A model generated the notes under the pieces. The model did not search any database and was not told the origin of the DNA. It worked only from the letters and a program-made list of their open reading frames with translations. A stretch of DNA of 60,870 nt, taken from assembly GCA_017508875.1 (NCBI GenBank), contig JAFWQX010000175.1, forward strand, positions 1 through 60,870, given 5' to 3'. Origin of the DNA: Clostridia bacterium (GTDB lineage Bacteria > Bacillota > Clostridia > UBA1212 > UBA1255). Both the position numbers and the translations under genes were made by a program. This document shows positions 1 to 8,448 of the stretch, in pieces (position 1 is the first letter of the stretch; each line of letters begins with the position of its first letter).

Positions 1-189
1 AATGCAGACAGAGTACGTGTTTTCGGCTTTCCTGACGAGTGCGTCGGGCACGGTTCAATCCCGGAGCTTTACAAAGAGTTCGGGATAGACGGCGGTTCGA
101 TCGCAAAATATTGTATTGATAAACTTAGAATAATTGAAGGGACCGAAGGAGCCGAAGGAACCGGTCCGTTTAGCGGTGACACTTTATGA
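1..189 (+). CDS. dxs: 1-deoxy-D-xylulose-5-phosphate synthase, C-terminal fragment (truncated by window start)
   Basis: Frame 1 reads NADRVRVFGFPDECVGHGSIPELYKEFGIDGGSIAK...DTL*, resembling the DXS/transketolase C-terminal G-x-P-D..H-G..EL...G-(I/L)-D motif. The stop overlaps the tlyA start (ATGA); dxs-tlyA is the usual clostridial order. Confidence 0.8.
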   Translation, partial: NADRVRVFGFPDECVGHGSIPELYKEFGIDGGSIAKYCIDKLRIIEGTEGAEGTGPFSGDTL

Positions 190-908
190 GGCTGGACGTG
201 TTTTTATCAGATAACGGCTTCTACAGGAGCCGGACGCGTGCCGCGGGAGCAGTTAAAGCGGGCTGCGTTTCGATCGGCGGGAAGACTGTCTTCAAACCGT
301 CTTATGACCTTTCGGAGTCAGAGCAGGCCGTTTTGTCTTGTCTTCCTGATCCTCTGGATTACGTAGGAAGAGGCGCATTAAAACTCGATTTCGCACTTGA
401 ACATTTCGGGATAAGTGTCGAAGGACTCGAATGCATTGACGTCGGAGCATCCACCGGCGGGTTTACTCAGGTCTTGCTCAGGCGCGGGGCGAAGCGCGTA
501 ACTGCCGTCGACGTAGGGCACGGACAGCTTGACAAAGAAATTGCCTCCGATCCGCGAGTTGTCGATCTTGAAGGCACCGACGTGCGGAATTGTGAATTTG
601 AAGATCGATTTGATTTTCTGTCAATGGACGTTTCGTTTATTTCTGTTACTATGCTTGCGGCAAAAACTGCGGATCTCGTTAAGCCGGGCGGCAATGCCGT
701 TATACTTTTTAAGCCTCAGTTTGAAGTCGGGAGAAAGTATATAGGGAAGGGCGGAATCGTCAAATCGTCAGAGGCTTCCGCGGCAGCGATGGACAATGCG
801 GTTCGCGCTTTTTCCGGTGCGGGTTTTTCTTTTTTGGGCAGCGCGGTCTCTCCTATAACCGGAGGAGACGGGAACACCGAGTATCTGCTCAGTTTTATCC
901 GGCGATAA
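186..908 (+). CDS. tlyA: TlyA family RNA 2'-O-methyltransferase (S4 + FtsJ-like domain)
   Basis: MRLDVFL S4-like N-terminus, YVGRGALKL, DVGASTGGFTQVLL, DVSFIS, KPQFEVG, SPITGGDGNTEYL. Confidence 0.95.
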   Translation: MRLDVFLSDNGFYRSRTRAAGAVKAGCVSIGGKTVFKPSYDLSESEQAVLSCLPDPLDYVGRGALKLDFALEHFGISVEGLECIDVGASTGGFTQVLLRRGAKRVTAVDVGHGQLDKEIASDPRVVDLEGTDVRNCEFEDRFDFLSMDVSFISVTMLAAKTADLVKPGGNAVILFKPQFEVGRKYIGKGGIVKSSEASAAAMDNAVRAFSGAGFSFLGSAVSPITGGDGNTEYLLSFIRR

Positions 909-909
909 T

Positions 910-938
910 AAAAAAAGCCCTGATCAACAAGGCTTTTT
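910..938. terminator. Bidirectional intrinsic terminator between tlyA and the convergent tRNA
   Basis: AAAAAGCC (912-919) pairs with GGCTTTTT (931-938), with A/T tracts on both sides. Confidence 0.75.
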
Positions 939-944
939 GTTCTG

Positions 945-1021
945 TGGTGGAAGTAAAGAGATTCGAACTCTGGACCTTTCGCACGTCAAGCGAATGCTCT
1001 AACCAGCTGAGCTATACTTCC
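945..1021 (-). tRNA. tRNA-Val (anticodon GAC), 77 nt, encoded CCA
   Basis: Reverse complement GGAAGTATAGCTCAGCTGGTTAGAGCATTCGCTTGACGTGCGAAAGGTCCAGAGTTCGAATCTCTTTACTTCCACCA: 7-bp acceptor stem, D-loop GG, anticodon arm TTCGC-TTGACGT-GCGAA, T-loop GTTCGAAT. Confidence 0.97.
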
Positions 1022-1054
1022 GATCCCGCTCCGGTATCCCCAAAGCGTATGCGA

Positions 1055-1083
1055 AGTATATCATATTTTTTTTCGCTGTGCAA
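1055..1083 (-). promoter_or_regulatory. sigmaA-type promoter for tRNA-Val
   Basis: Minus strand TTGCAC-N17-TATACT. Confidence 0.65.
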
Positions 1084-1137
1084 GAGCTTTTTTTATACAT
1101 TGCTTTGCGCATTGCATCGCCTGACCTGGAATCCGGA

Positions 1138-1788
1138 TCACTTTCCCTTCGCTTCCTTGAGTTTTTTGCGAATGTCGTCGTTAAGGTCTTTAAACAGCCC
1201 CTTGGGATTCATATCGTCGAGAAGAGCGGCTATCGCATTGACCCCGTCGTCAGAAAGCTCGGCATTGCCCGTAATATTCCTGAACTTGGTCCTTACGACG
1301 TACTTGCGGATATCAGCTGCGGATGTCATGTCTGAAAACATCTTTCGCGCCACGCTGCTCGTATGCGTGAATTTGATGAGATCCTTATTCAGAAGTTCGT
1401 ACGAAAATTTTCCGTATTTATCCGTGTAGGCACTGATAATGCTGCGGTATTCTGCACTGTCGGCTACTTTTGCTTCGTCTTTCAACGCTTCCGCTTCTTC
1501 CTTAGTTTCTTTCGGAGCGGTCAATTTCTTCGATCGAACGGTGCTCTGCTTTTTGTAAGGCATCCTCGCAGTAAGTTCGATAGCTTCTTTGAAGGCTTCG
1601 GAGGGATAGACGGACTCTTTGGTGTTGGGGGACAAGATCGGTTCGCCGGAAGTTTTGCTTATTGACGCAAGACCGGGCTGCGCGATGCCTTCACGCATAA
1701 TGACAATACCTGAACCGCCGGCCGGCAGCTTTTGCCTGTATGCTGAAGCAGGGATAACAGAAAGTTTGACAACGTCAGTTCTAATCAT
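1138..1788 (-). CDS. Hypothetical protein, 216 aa
   Basis: Long ORF with an AAGGAG SD upstream, divergent from efp; no family recognised. Confidence 0.8.
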   Translation of the reverse strand: MIRTDVVKLSVIPASAYRQKLPAGGSGIVIMREGIAQPGLASISKTSGEPILSPNTKESVYPSEAFKEAIELTARMPYKKQSTVRSKKLTAPKETKEEAEALKDEAKVADSAEYRSIISAYTDKYGKFSYELLNKDLIKFTHTSSVARKMFSDMTSAADIRKYVVRTKFRNITGNAELSDDGVNAIAALLDDMNPKGLFKDLNDDIRKKLKEAKGK

Positions 1789-1883
1789 TATGATCAGCTC
1801 CTTGCTTTATTTGTTTATATTTTAACATATAGATACGATAATTTAAATACTTTCTTAACACTTTCGCTATATAAAATTTCATC

Positions 1884-1912
1884 TTGCTTTTGAATCTGTA
1901 TGCGAGTATAAT
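1884..1912 (+). promoter_or_regulatory. sigmaA-type promoter for efp
   Basis: TTGCTT-N17-TATAAT, followed by a GGAGG SD. Confidence 0.65.
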
Positions 1913-1947
1913 TTCCATGTAAAAATTTACTTTACGGAGGTTTTACG

Positions 1948-2505
1948 ATGATATCAGCTGGAGATTTTAAAAACGGAATTACCTTTGAGATGGATAACGG
2001 CGTTTATCAGATAAAAGAGTTTCAGCACGTTAAGCCCGGAAAGGGCGCTGCTTTCGTACGCACCAAAATACAGAACGTAATTACCGGCGCCACGATTGAA
2101 AAAACATTCAATCCTACTGACCGTATGCCGCTCGCGCGCATTGACCGGAAGGATATGACTTATCTTTACAGCGACGGAGATCTTTACTACTTTATGGACG
2201 TTGAAACATACGAGCAGATCCCGATCTCGGCAGCGACTGTTGGCGATACTTTGAAGTTCGTAAAAGAGAATGAAGTCGTTAAAGTTCTTTCGTATAAGGA
2301 CAATGTTTTCGGTATTGAAGCTCCTTTCTTTGTTGAACTCGAAGTTACCAGCACCGAACCCGGTTTCAAGGGCGATACTGCTACAGGTGCCACCAAACCT
2401 GCTATTGTTGAGACTGGAGCGCAGGTTAAAGTTCCGCTCTTCATCAATATAGGCGACAGGATCCAGATCGACACCAGAACTGAAGAATATCTCGGCCGTG
2501 CCTGA
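1948..2505 (+). CDS. efp: Elongation factor P
   Basis: [24 protein letters not shown] loop, [24 protein letters not shown]. Confidence 0.98.
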   Translation: MISAGDFKNGITFEMDNGVYQIKEFQHVKPGKGAAFVRTKIQNVITGATIEKTFNPTDRMPLARIDRKDMTYLYSDGDLYYFMDVETYEQIPISAATVGDTLKFVKENEVVKVLSYKDNVFGIEAPFFVELEVTSTEPGFKGDTATGATKPAIVETGAQVKVPLFINIGDRIQIDTRTEEYLGRA

Positions 2506-2576
2506 TCAGGCGCAGAAGGATATGCCGCCCTGGCGGCGGCAGAGTAATTGCTTATTTTCATTTACCGGAGGTTGTT

Positions 2577-2975
2577 ATGGGTTATCTTGCAGAACGCATT
2601 AATTATGTAAAAGGCCTTATGGAAGGCATGAAGTTCGATGCTTCCACCGACGAAGGAAAACTTATAAAAGCACTCGTTGACATCGTTGAAGATATCGTTA
2701 TTTCGTCTGAAGATCTTGAAGATACACAGGATCAGATCCTTGACGCGATCGATGAGCATGAAGAACGCATCGCCGATATTGAAGATGAATTATTTGACGA
2801 AGATTCATACGAAGAGGATATAGACGAGCCTCTTACGTGCCCTGAGTGCGGAGCCGAACTTGATTTTGACGAGCTCGGGATCGATGATACCGTCGATTCT
2901 TTCCGCTGCCCTGAATGTGGCACTAAAATCGATATCGAATGGCTCGATTATGAGGATGACGGATCCGAAGAATGA
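2577..2975 (+). CDS. CD1247-like acidic zinc-ribbon protein
   Basis: N-terminus LAERINYVKGLMEGM, very acidic, two CPECG knuckles; typical clostridial efp neighbour. Confidence 0.75.
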   Translation: MGYLAERINYVKGLMEGMKFDASTDEGKLIKALVDIVEDIVISSEDLEDTQDQILDAIDEHEERIADIEDELFDEDSYEEDIDEPLTCPECGAELDFDELGIDDTVDSFRCPECGTKIDIEWLDYEDDGSEE

Positions 2976-3045
2976 TCCGTTTGATACGGATCTGAAGAAA
3001 TTATTCCGGACTCTGACACAGGTTTGGAAGTCCTGAACTTCTTTT

Positions 3046-3079
3046 AAGGCAGTCCGGCAGTTTATGCCAGGCTGCTTTT
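3046..3079 (+). terminator. Probable intrinsic terminator
   Basis: AAGGCAGTCCGGCA / TGCCAGGCTGCTTT stem (one mismatch) followed by a T-run. Confidence 0.55.
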
Positions 3080-3097
3080 ATTATGAAAGGCATTCCA

Positions 3098-4591
3098 ATG
3101 ATGAAAAATTCAAAAAAAATACTGACGAGAATTGTTACTCTTATATTGGGGATAATATTGCTTGCTTCTGTTTCAGGCGGTTGTGCAATTAAACCGGACG
3201 ATGCAGTTGAAACGTACGTTCCGTGGACCAGTTCTGATAATATTATGATCGTTACTCCCGAAAAAGGGAATAATACTTATCCGACTTCTGCCGAGCCGGG
3301 GCTTAATACTGACGGTCCGCAGGTCCCGACCGGGAACGTTCCTTCTGCCACATCAGGTCCGTCCGATAATACTCCTGTAAATACTTCTGCTCCTTCGACA
3401 GACGTTCCTGCTACTCAAAAACCGACAGATGAACCGGCTCCTACCGTAAAACCTACCGACGGGCCGCAGGGCAGTATTCCTGACAATACTCCTAAGTACG
3501 GCGATTCTGAATTTGCTCAGATGGTATCGATACCGGGCCGTGAAGAAGAAGTTTACTGCGTTACGCTCGATAAAAATAAAGAATACTGGGATTGCCCGGT
3601 CAGCAAGCTCGGACATATATTTGTCCATAACCTCGTTGCCTTCCCGGAGCTTGACCTCGCGATAAATCCGAAGAGTTCATGGCACGACTGGAACAATACC
3701 ACGGTCGAATACGTAAGGCTCCTCGAAAGTATTTACGAAAAAGGATACGTGCTGATCGACGCGAACTATATCTTTGATTATCAGTACAGGGACGGAAGGC
3801 TTATCGCGAATCTTAAAAAATCCGTAAAGCTTCCTAAAGGAAAGACCGGCGTCATTATTTCTTGTGATAACGTATGTTTCCCTGAAAACGAGCACGGTAC
3901 GGGGCGTATAGATAAGATCGTTGTCTATAACGGTCATATCGCTTCTTACACTTATTTCGATGACGGGACGGAGGAGTATTCATACGAGCGCGACGTTTGC
4001 GATATCACTGAGCAGTTCTGTCTTAAACATCCTGATTTTTCATTTGCCGGCGCAAGGCTTATGCTCGCGTGCAGCGGTAACGCCGGGATCCTTGGCTACA
4101 GAACTGACGACAGTTACGCTTCTAAGGGATACGACGTTGAAAAAGAGCGTGCGCAGGCGAGGGAAGTAATAAAATATCTTAAAGAGCACGGCTTCTATTT
4201 CGGCTGCCACAGCTATGCGCATCTTGACCTGAACTCGCTCACCGGCGCGAAGCTTGATAAAGAATTCAACAGCTGGAACACGCAGGTTAAGCCGCTTATC
4301 GGTTACACGCCGTTCTACGTTTATCCGTTCGGAAACTGGGTCGAGGCCGATACAGAACAGTATAAGCGTCTCGTAAGCGAGGGCTTCCACGTTATGTACG
4401 GAACGAGTATGAACGAGATCCTTGTTAACGGTACCTACCAGCACAGGGATGTGGGCAATATTTACGGTGAGCGTTTTATCTATTGCGGAAAGACGATGGT
4501 TGCATACGCTAAAAACGGCACTTTCGATAAATACGGCGACGTTTATGAGCTGTATGACAACGACGGGAGATATATTAAACTTTACAGATAA
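3098..4591 (+). CDS. Lipoprotein with Pro/Thr-rich linker and polysaccharide-deacetylase (CE4-like) domain
   Basis: Lipobox LASVSGG-C, P/T-rich linker, motif 1 variant ISCDN, motif 2 HSYAH, motif 3 YPFG. Start moved to ATG 3098 (AAAGG SD). Confidence 0.75.
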   Translation: MMKNSKKILTRIVTLILGIILLASVSGGCAIKPDDAVETYVPWTSSDNIMIVTPEKGNNTYPTSAEPGLNTDGPQVPTGNVPSATSGPSDNTPVNTSAPSTDVPATQKPTDEPAPTVKPTDGPQGSIPDNTPKYGDSEFAQMVSIPGREEEVYCVTLDKNKEYWDCPVSKLGHIFVHNLVAFPELDLAINPKSSWHDWNNTTVEYVRLLESIYEKGYVLIDANYIFDYQYRDGRLIANLKKSVKLPKGKTGVIISCDNVCFPENEHGTGRIDKIVVYNGHIASYTYFDDGTEEYSYERDVCDITEQFCLKHPDFSFAGARLMLACSGNAGILGYRTDDSYASKGYDVEKERAQAREVIKYLKEHGFYFGCHSYAHLDLNSLTGAKLDKEFNSWNTQVKPLIGYTPFYVYPFGNWVEADTEQYKRLVSEGFHVMYGTSMNEILVNGTYQHRDVGNIYGERFIYCGKTMVAYAKNGTFDKYGDVYELYDNDGRYIKLYR

Positions 4592-4596
4592 GCACT

Positions 4597-5169
4597 ATGG
4601 CGGAACTGACCTGGGAGAACCTCGAAAAAGCGATACAAAACTGCAGGAATTGTCCTCTCGGAAACGGGAGGATACAGGCGGTACTCGGCAGAGGCAGCAG
4701 GGATGCGGAGCTTATGTTTGTGGGTGAAGGTCCGGGACGCCAGGAGGATGAGCAGGGAAAGCCGTTCGTCGGACAGGCGGGGCAGCTGCTGGATCTGGCG
4801 CTGAAGTCGCTTTCGTTTGACCCTGCCGATTATTATATCGCTAACGTTGTTAAATGCAGGCCCCCTATGAACCGGACGCCGGAGCCTTCTGAGGCTCAGG
4901 CCTGTATGAACTTTTTAAGAGCGCAGTTTTCGCTTGTGAGGCCTAAAATAATCGTTTGCCTCGGGGCTGTCGCTCACAGTAACCTTGTTTCTTCAGAGCT
5001 CTCTATTTCGAGAGCTCGAGGGAAATGGATCCAGAAGAAAGGTGTATGGTTTCTTTCAACGTTCCATCCGGCTGCGCTGCTTCGGGATGAGAGCAAAAAG
5101 CTTCCGTTCTGGCAGGATCTAAAACTGGCTAAGGAAAAACTTGATGAGATCAAAGCTTTATCAAAATAA
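4597..5169 (+). CDS. Family 4 uracil-DNA glycosylase with Fe-S cysteines
   Basis: CxxC near the N-terminus (CRNC), GEGPG motif A, PFVG, KCRP, downstream Cys, FHPAALLR motif B. Confidence 0.93.
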   Translation: MAELTWENLEKAIQNCRNCPLGNGRIQAVLGRGSRDAELMFVGEGPGRQEDEQGKPFVGQAGQLLDLALKSLSFDPADYYIANVVKCRPPMNRTPEPSEAQACMNFLRAQFSLVRPKIIVCLGAVAHSNLVSSELSISRARGKWIQKKGVWFLSTFHPAALLRDESKKLPFWQDLKLAKEKLDEIKALSK

Positions 5170-5195
5170 AGCTCGGAAAGAAAACTGATTGAAAT

Positions 5196-5909
5196 ATGTT
5201 GACCGCGGAAAATAAATTTGAAAGTGGTAAAAATAACGTCGTTCAGGGCAGCTTGCAGCCGTTTAACAGCATTGACGCCCTCAATGACCACTATATAGCA
5301 TTGACGCGGTCCGGTCACGCTGAACTCGTTGAAAAAAAGATCGTACCTGATATAGGACCTTTTTTTGTCACAGGCGACGGAACAGGTAAAGAACCTGTTA
5401 TACTTGTAGGAGAAGCTCCCGGTAAAGACGAGGTATCGGAAGGCAGGCCGTTCGTCGGAGCAGCCGGAAAGATCCTTGACGACCTACTGGTAAGGTCAGG
5501 GATAAGACGCGACGGCCTTTATATAACGAATATTGTAAAGTACAGGCTTGCAAAGGCGGGAAAACGTGAAGGCACTTATGCGAACAGACCCGTTAAGCGT
5601 CACGAGATAGAGCTCTGTTCTGAATGGCTCAAAGCGGAACTGTTATATATAAAGCCTAAGCTTGTTCTTACACTCGGTAATACCGCGCTTCAGGGGATCC
5701 TGCGCTGTGTAGAAACCGGCAGCCCTGTAAGCGGGAGCATCGGCGATATACACGGCCGGAAGATCGAAGTTTCGGTAAAGGGCGAATCACTTAAATTTTT
5801 GCTTATTCCGCTTTACCATCCGGCAAGTCTGATTTATAATAGACAATTGAAAGTTCAGTACGAACTTGACCTTGAGGAGGTTAAAAAATGCGCGCAGTCG
5901 ATATTATAA
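5196..5909 (+). CDS. Second family 4-like uracil-DNA glycosylase lacking most Fe-S ligands
   Basis: GEAPG, PFVG and YHPAS motifs present; no N-terminal CxxC; KCR replaced by KYR. Confidence 0.85.
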   Translation: MLTAENKFESGKNNVVQGSLQPFNSIDALNDHYIALTRSGHAELVEKKIVPDIGPFFVTGDGTGKEPVILVGEAPGKDEVSEGRPFVGAAGKILDDLLVRSGIRRDGLYITNIVKYRLAKAGKREGTYANRPVKRHEIELCSEWLKAELLYIKPKLVLTLGNTALQGILRCVETGSPVSGSIGDIHGRKIEVSVKGESLKFLLIPLYHPASLIYNRQLKVQYELDLEEVKKCAQSIL

Positions 5910-7144
5910 TTAAAAAACGAGACGGCGGGATCCTTTCAGACGAAGAGATCAGATTTTTTATTGAAGAATACACTGCCGGAAAGATCCAGGACGATCAGGC
6001 TGCGGCGCTGATGATGAGCATTTTCTTCAGAGGTATGGACTACAAAGAAACTGCCGCTTTAACACTTGCAATGGCGGAATCGGGAGAACAGGTGGATCTT
6101 AGCGGAATCAGCGGAATAAAAGTAGATAAACATTCCACGGGCGGGATCGGAGATAAAACTACGCTTATCGTTGCACCGATCGCGGCTGCATGCGGCGTTC
6201 CTGTGGCTAAAATGTCAGGAAGAGCGCTCGGATTTACCGGAGGGACAATAGATAAGCTTGAATCTATTCCGGGGCTTTCTACTTCGATCCCTGTCGAAAA
6301 GATGGTAGATATCGTCAATAAAACCGGTATCTGTGTAGCAGGACAGACGGCCGAACTTGCCCCCGCCGATAAAAAACTGTACGCGCTGCGTGACGTGACC
6401 GGTACGATCGAATCGATACCTTTAATTGCCGCCAGCATAATGAGCAAGAAAATTGCCGCAGGCGCAGACGCTATCGTCCTCGACGTTAAATACGGATCCG
6501 GGGCTTTTATGAAAACAAAAGAAGACGCGCAGAAGCTTGCGGATACGATGTGCGGTATCGGGGCGGAAGTCGGGCGCAGGACCGTGGCAGTGCTCAATAC
6601 GATGGAAGTTCCGCTCGGTATGTGCGTTGGCAATGCAATTGAGGTTAAAGAGGCTGTCGAAACGCTCAAAGGCGGAGGCAGCGACGATCTTAAACAGCAC
6701 TGCATCCATCTGGCAGGTAAAATGATCTCGCTGGGACTTAACGTTGACGAAACGCAGGGTGAAAAACTTGCTCAGGAGAGGATCCTGGACGGCAGCGCTC
6801 TTAAGAAGCTTGCAGAAATGATCAGCGCTCAGGGAGGAAATCCGGAAGTCTGTATAGATCCTGATAAAGTTTTCGGTATACCCGCTTACTCAAAAGTTAT
6901 CAAAGCATCGAAAAGCGGTTATATAAAGTCCACAGACGCTTATAAGATCGGTATGGCGGCATTTACTTTAGGCGCAGGCAGAACAGTGAAGACCGATCCG
7001 TTCGATCCGAATGCCGGCGTTAAGCTTTACGTAAAGTGTGACGCTAATGTCGTTCGCGGTCAGGAATTATGCGTACTTTACAGTTCGAAACCAATTACGG
7101 ATGAGTCGGTCAGATGGGCAAAAAGCGCGTTTGAATTCAGATAA
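5888..7144 (+). CDS. pdp: Pyrimidine-nucleoside phosphorylase
   Basis: MRAVDIIIKKRDG, DKHSTGGIGDK, KMSGRALGFTGGTIDKLESIPG, PADKKLYALRDVT. Confidence 0.95.
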   Translation: MRAVDIIIKKRDGGILSDEEIRFFIEEYTAGKIQDDQAAALMMSIFFRGMDYKETAALTLAMAESGEQVDLSGISGIKVDKHSTGGIGDKTTLIVAPIAAACGVPVAKMSGRALGFTGGTIDKLESIPGLSTSIPVEKMVDIVNKTGICVAGQTAELAPADKKLYALRDVTGTIESIPLIAASIMSKKIAAGADAIVLDVKYGSGAFMKTKEDAQKLADTMCGIGAEVGRRTVAVLNTMEVPLGMCVGNAIEVKEAVETLKGGGSDDLKQHCIHLAGKMISLGLNVDETQGEKLAQERILDGSALKKLAEMISAQGGNPEVCIDPDKVFGIPAYSKVIKASKSGYIKSTDAYKIGMAAFTLGAGRTVKTDPFDPNAGVKLYVKCDANVVRGQELCVLYSSKPITDESVRWAKSAFEFR

Positions 7145-8421
7145 TGATGCGGAGGGATGTATTGATGACCTACGTAACTAATAACGTTAATAAGACTGCC
7201 GGTAAAAGATATAAGATCATAGCTGTCTTGCTCGCTGTACTGTGCGTTTATATGCTGGTATGCGGGTCCGTTTTCGCAGATTATAATAAAGACGAAGCGC
7301 AGAAATACTATAGAGCGGCGGTGATCCCCGAGTTTACCGAAGAACGCTACGCCAGCGCAGATACTGAATCAGGCCAGCTGATCATCTCCGGAAACGGCAC
7401 GGAAAAGGTTATCGTCGGAAATCTTGTGAAATTGATGACGCTCCTTCTGGTGTTCGAAAAGATCGATTCCGGAGCGATCGAGCTAGGGACAACATTCGCC
7501 GTCACTAAGCATGCGCAGGATGTTTCGGTGGGAAAAGTTCGCGTTTATCTCGATTACGGTAAAAAGGAAACGATCCGCGTAGAACAGGCGATAGAAGCTG
7601 TTTGCATCAACGGCGCACAGGACGCGGCATGCGCGCTGGCCGAATTTATCGGCGGCAATGAAGAACAGTTCGTTGCCCTGATGAACGCTAAAGCGGCGTC
7701 AATGAAGCTAAAAAATACGTTGTATACGGATTCTACCGGTATCAATACCGATCAATACACGTGTGCTGAAGACGTTGCCCTAATTATGGCCGAACTTGTC
7801 GGACGTCATCCTGCCTGCCTCAGTTATCTTAATTTGACCTACGGCATGTTCAAGCATGAATCGAACGGCCAGGGCGATACCGAAATGGTCAGTTCGAATC
7901 CGCTTAACAGGCGGAAGTTTTTTGAAGGCTCCGACGGGTCTATGCTCGGCTATTCTAACGAGGATAAATATTCCATTGCATGTACTGCGGCAAAGGACGA
8001 AAAACGGGTAGTCAGCGTAATTCTCGGAGAAGAAGATGAGAACGCGAGAGCAGGAAAGGTCAAAAAACTTGCCGAATACAGCCTTTCGAATTTCACGTAT
8101 TCAAAATTATGCTCCGTAGGAACTTTTGTTAAAAAAGTTGATATTAAGGAAGGCAAGAACAAGAAGATCCGCACTGAGACGGCCGGTGATCTTTACGTCC
8201 TTTTAAACGTTAATGAAGTTGATAAAGTTAAAACTTCTATCGTTATTACGGATACGCTGAAGGCACCTGTTGAAGAAGGCGTAACTTGCGGCTACGTCGC
8301 ATATTTCCTTGACGAGCAGGAACTCGGCAGGGTAGAGCTCAGAACGGCTGAAAGTATGAGCCGCGCAAACTGGTTCGTACGGCTTGTCCGCAAAATACTT
8401 GCATTTTTCGGTCTTGAATAA
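7144..8421 (+). CDS. D-Ala-D-Ala carboxypeptidase (DacA/DacF, S11) homolog with degenerate active site
   Basis: Collinear with DacF-type PBPs including the C-terminal beta domain and amphipathic helix (WFVRLVRKILAFFG), but SxxK reads NLVK, SxN reads GAQ and KTG reads MLG. Confidence 0.85.
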   Translation: MMRRDVLMTYVTNNVNKTAGKRYKIIAVLLAVLCVYMLVCGSVFADYNKDEAQKYYRAAVIPEFTEERYASADTESGQLIISGNGTEKVIVGNLVKLMTLLLVFEKIDSGAIELGTTFAVTKHAQDVSVGKVRVYLDYGKKETIRVEQAIEAVCINGAQDAACALAEFIGGNEEQFVALMNAKAASMKLKNTLYTDSTGINTDQYTCAEDVALIMAELVGRHPACLSYLNLTYGMFKHESNGQGDTEMVSSNPLNRRKFFEGSDGSMLGYSNEDKYSIACTAAKDEKRVVSVILGEEDENARAGKVKKLAEYSLSNFTYSKLCSVGTFVKKVDIKEGKNKKIRTETAGDLYVLLNVNEVDKVKTSIVITDTLKAPVEEGVTCGYVAYFLDEQELGRVELRTAESMSRANWFVRLVRKILAFFGLE

Positions 8422-8448
8422 TTAAGTGATCCCAAGCTAAGCAACGAA

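Noticed and set aside
944-1665. ORF-track plus-strand ORFs 944-1429, 1078-1335 and 1363-1665
   Set aside because: They overlap the tRNA and the minus-strand gene on the opposite strand and show no protein-like features.
945-1788. tRNA-Val as an integration site for a genomic island
   Set aside because: No duplicated tRNA 3' end or integrase is adjacent; the 3' side abuts the tlyA terminator.
2523-2541. GC hairpin after efp as a terminator or riboswitch
   Set aside because: It has a 7-bp stem with no U-tract and no motif; at most an mRNA stability element.
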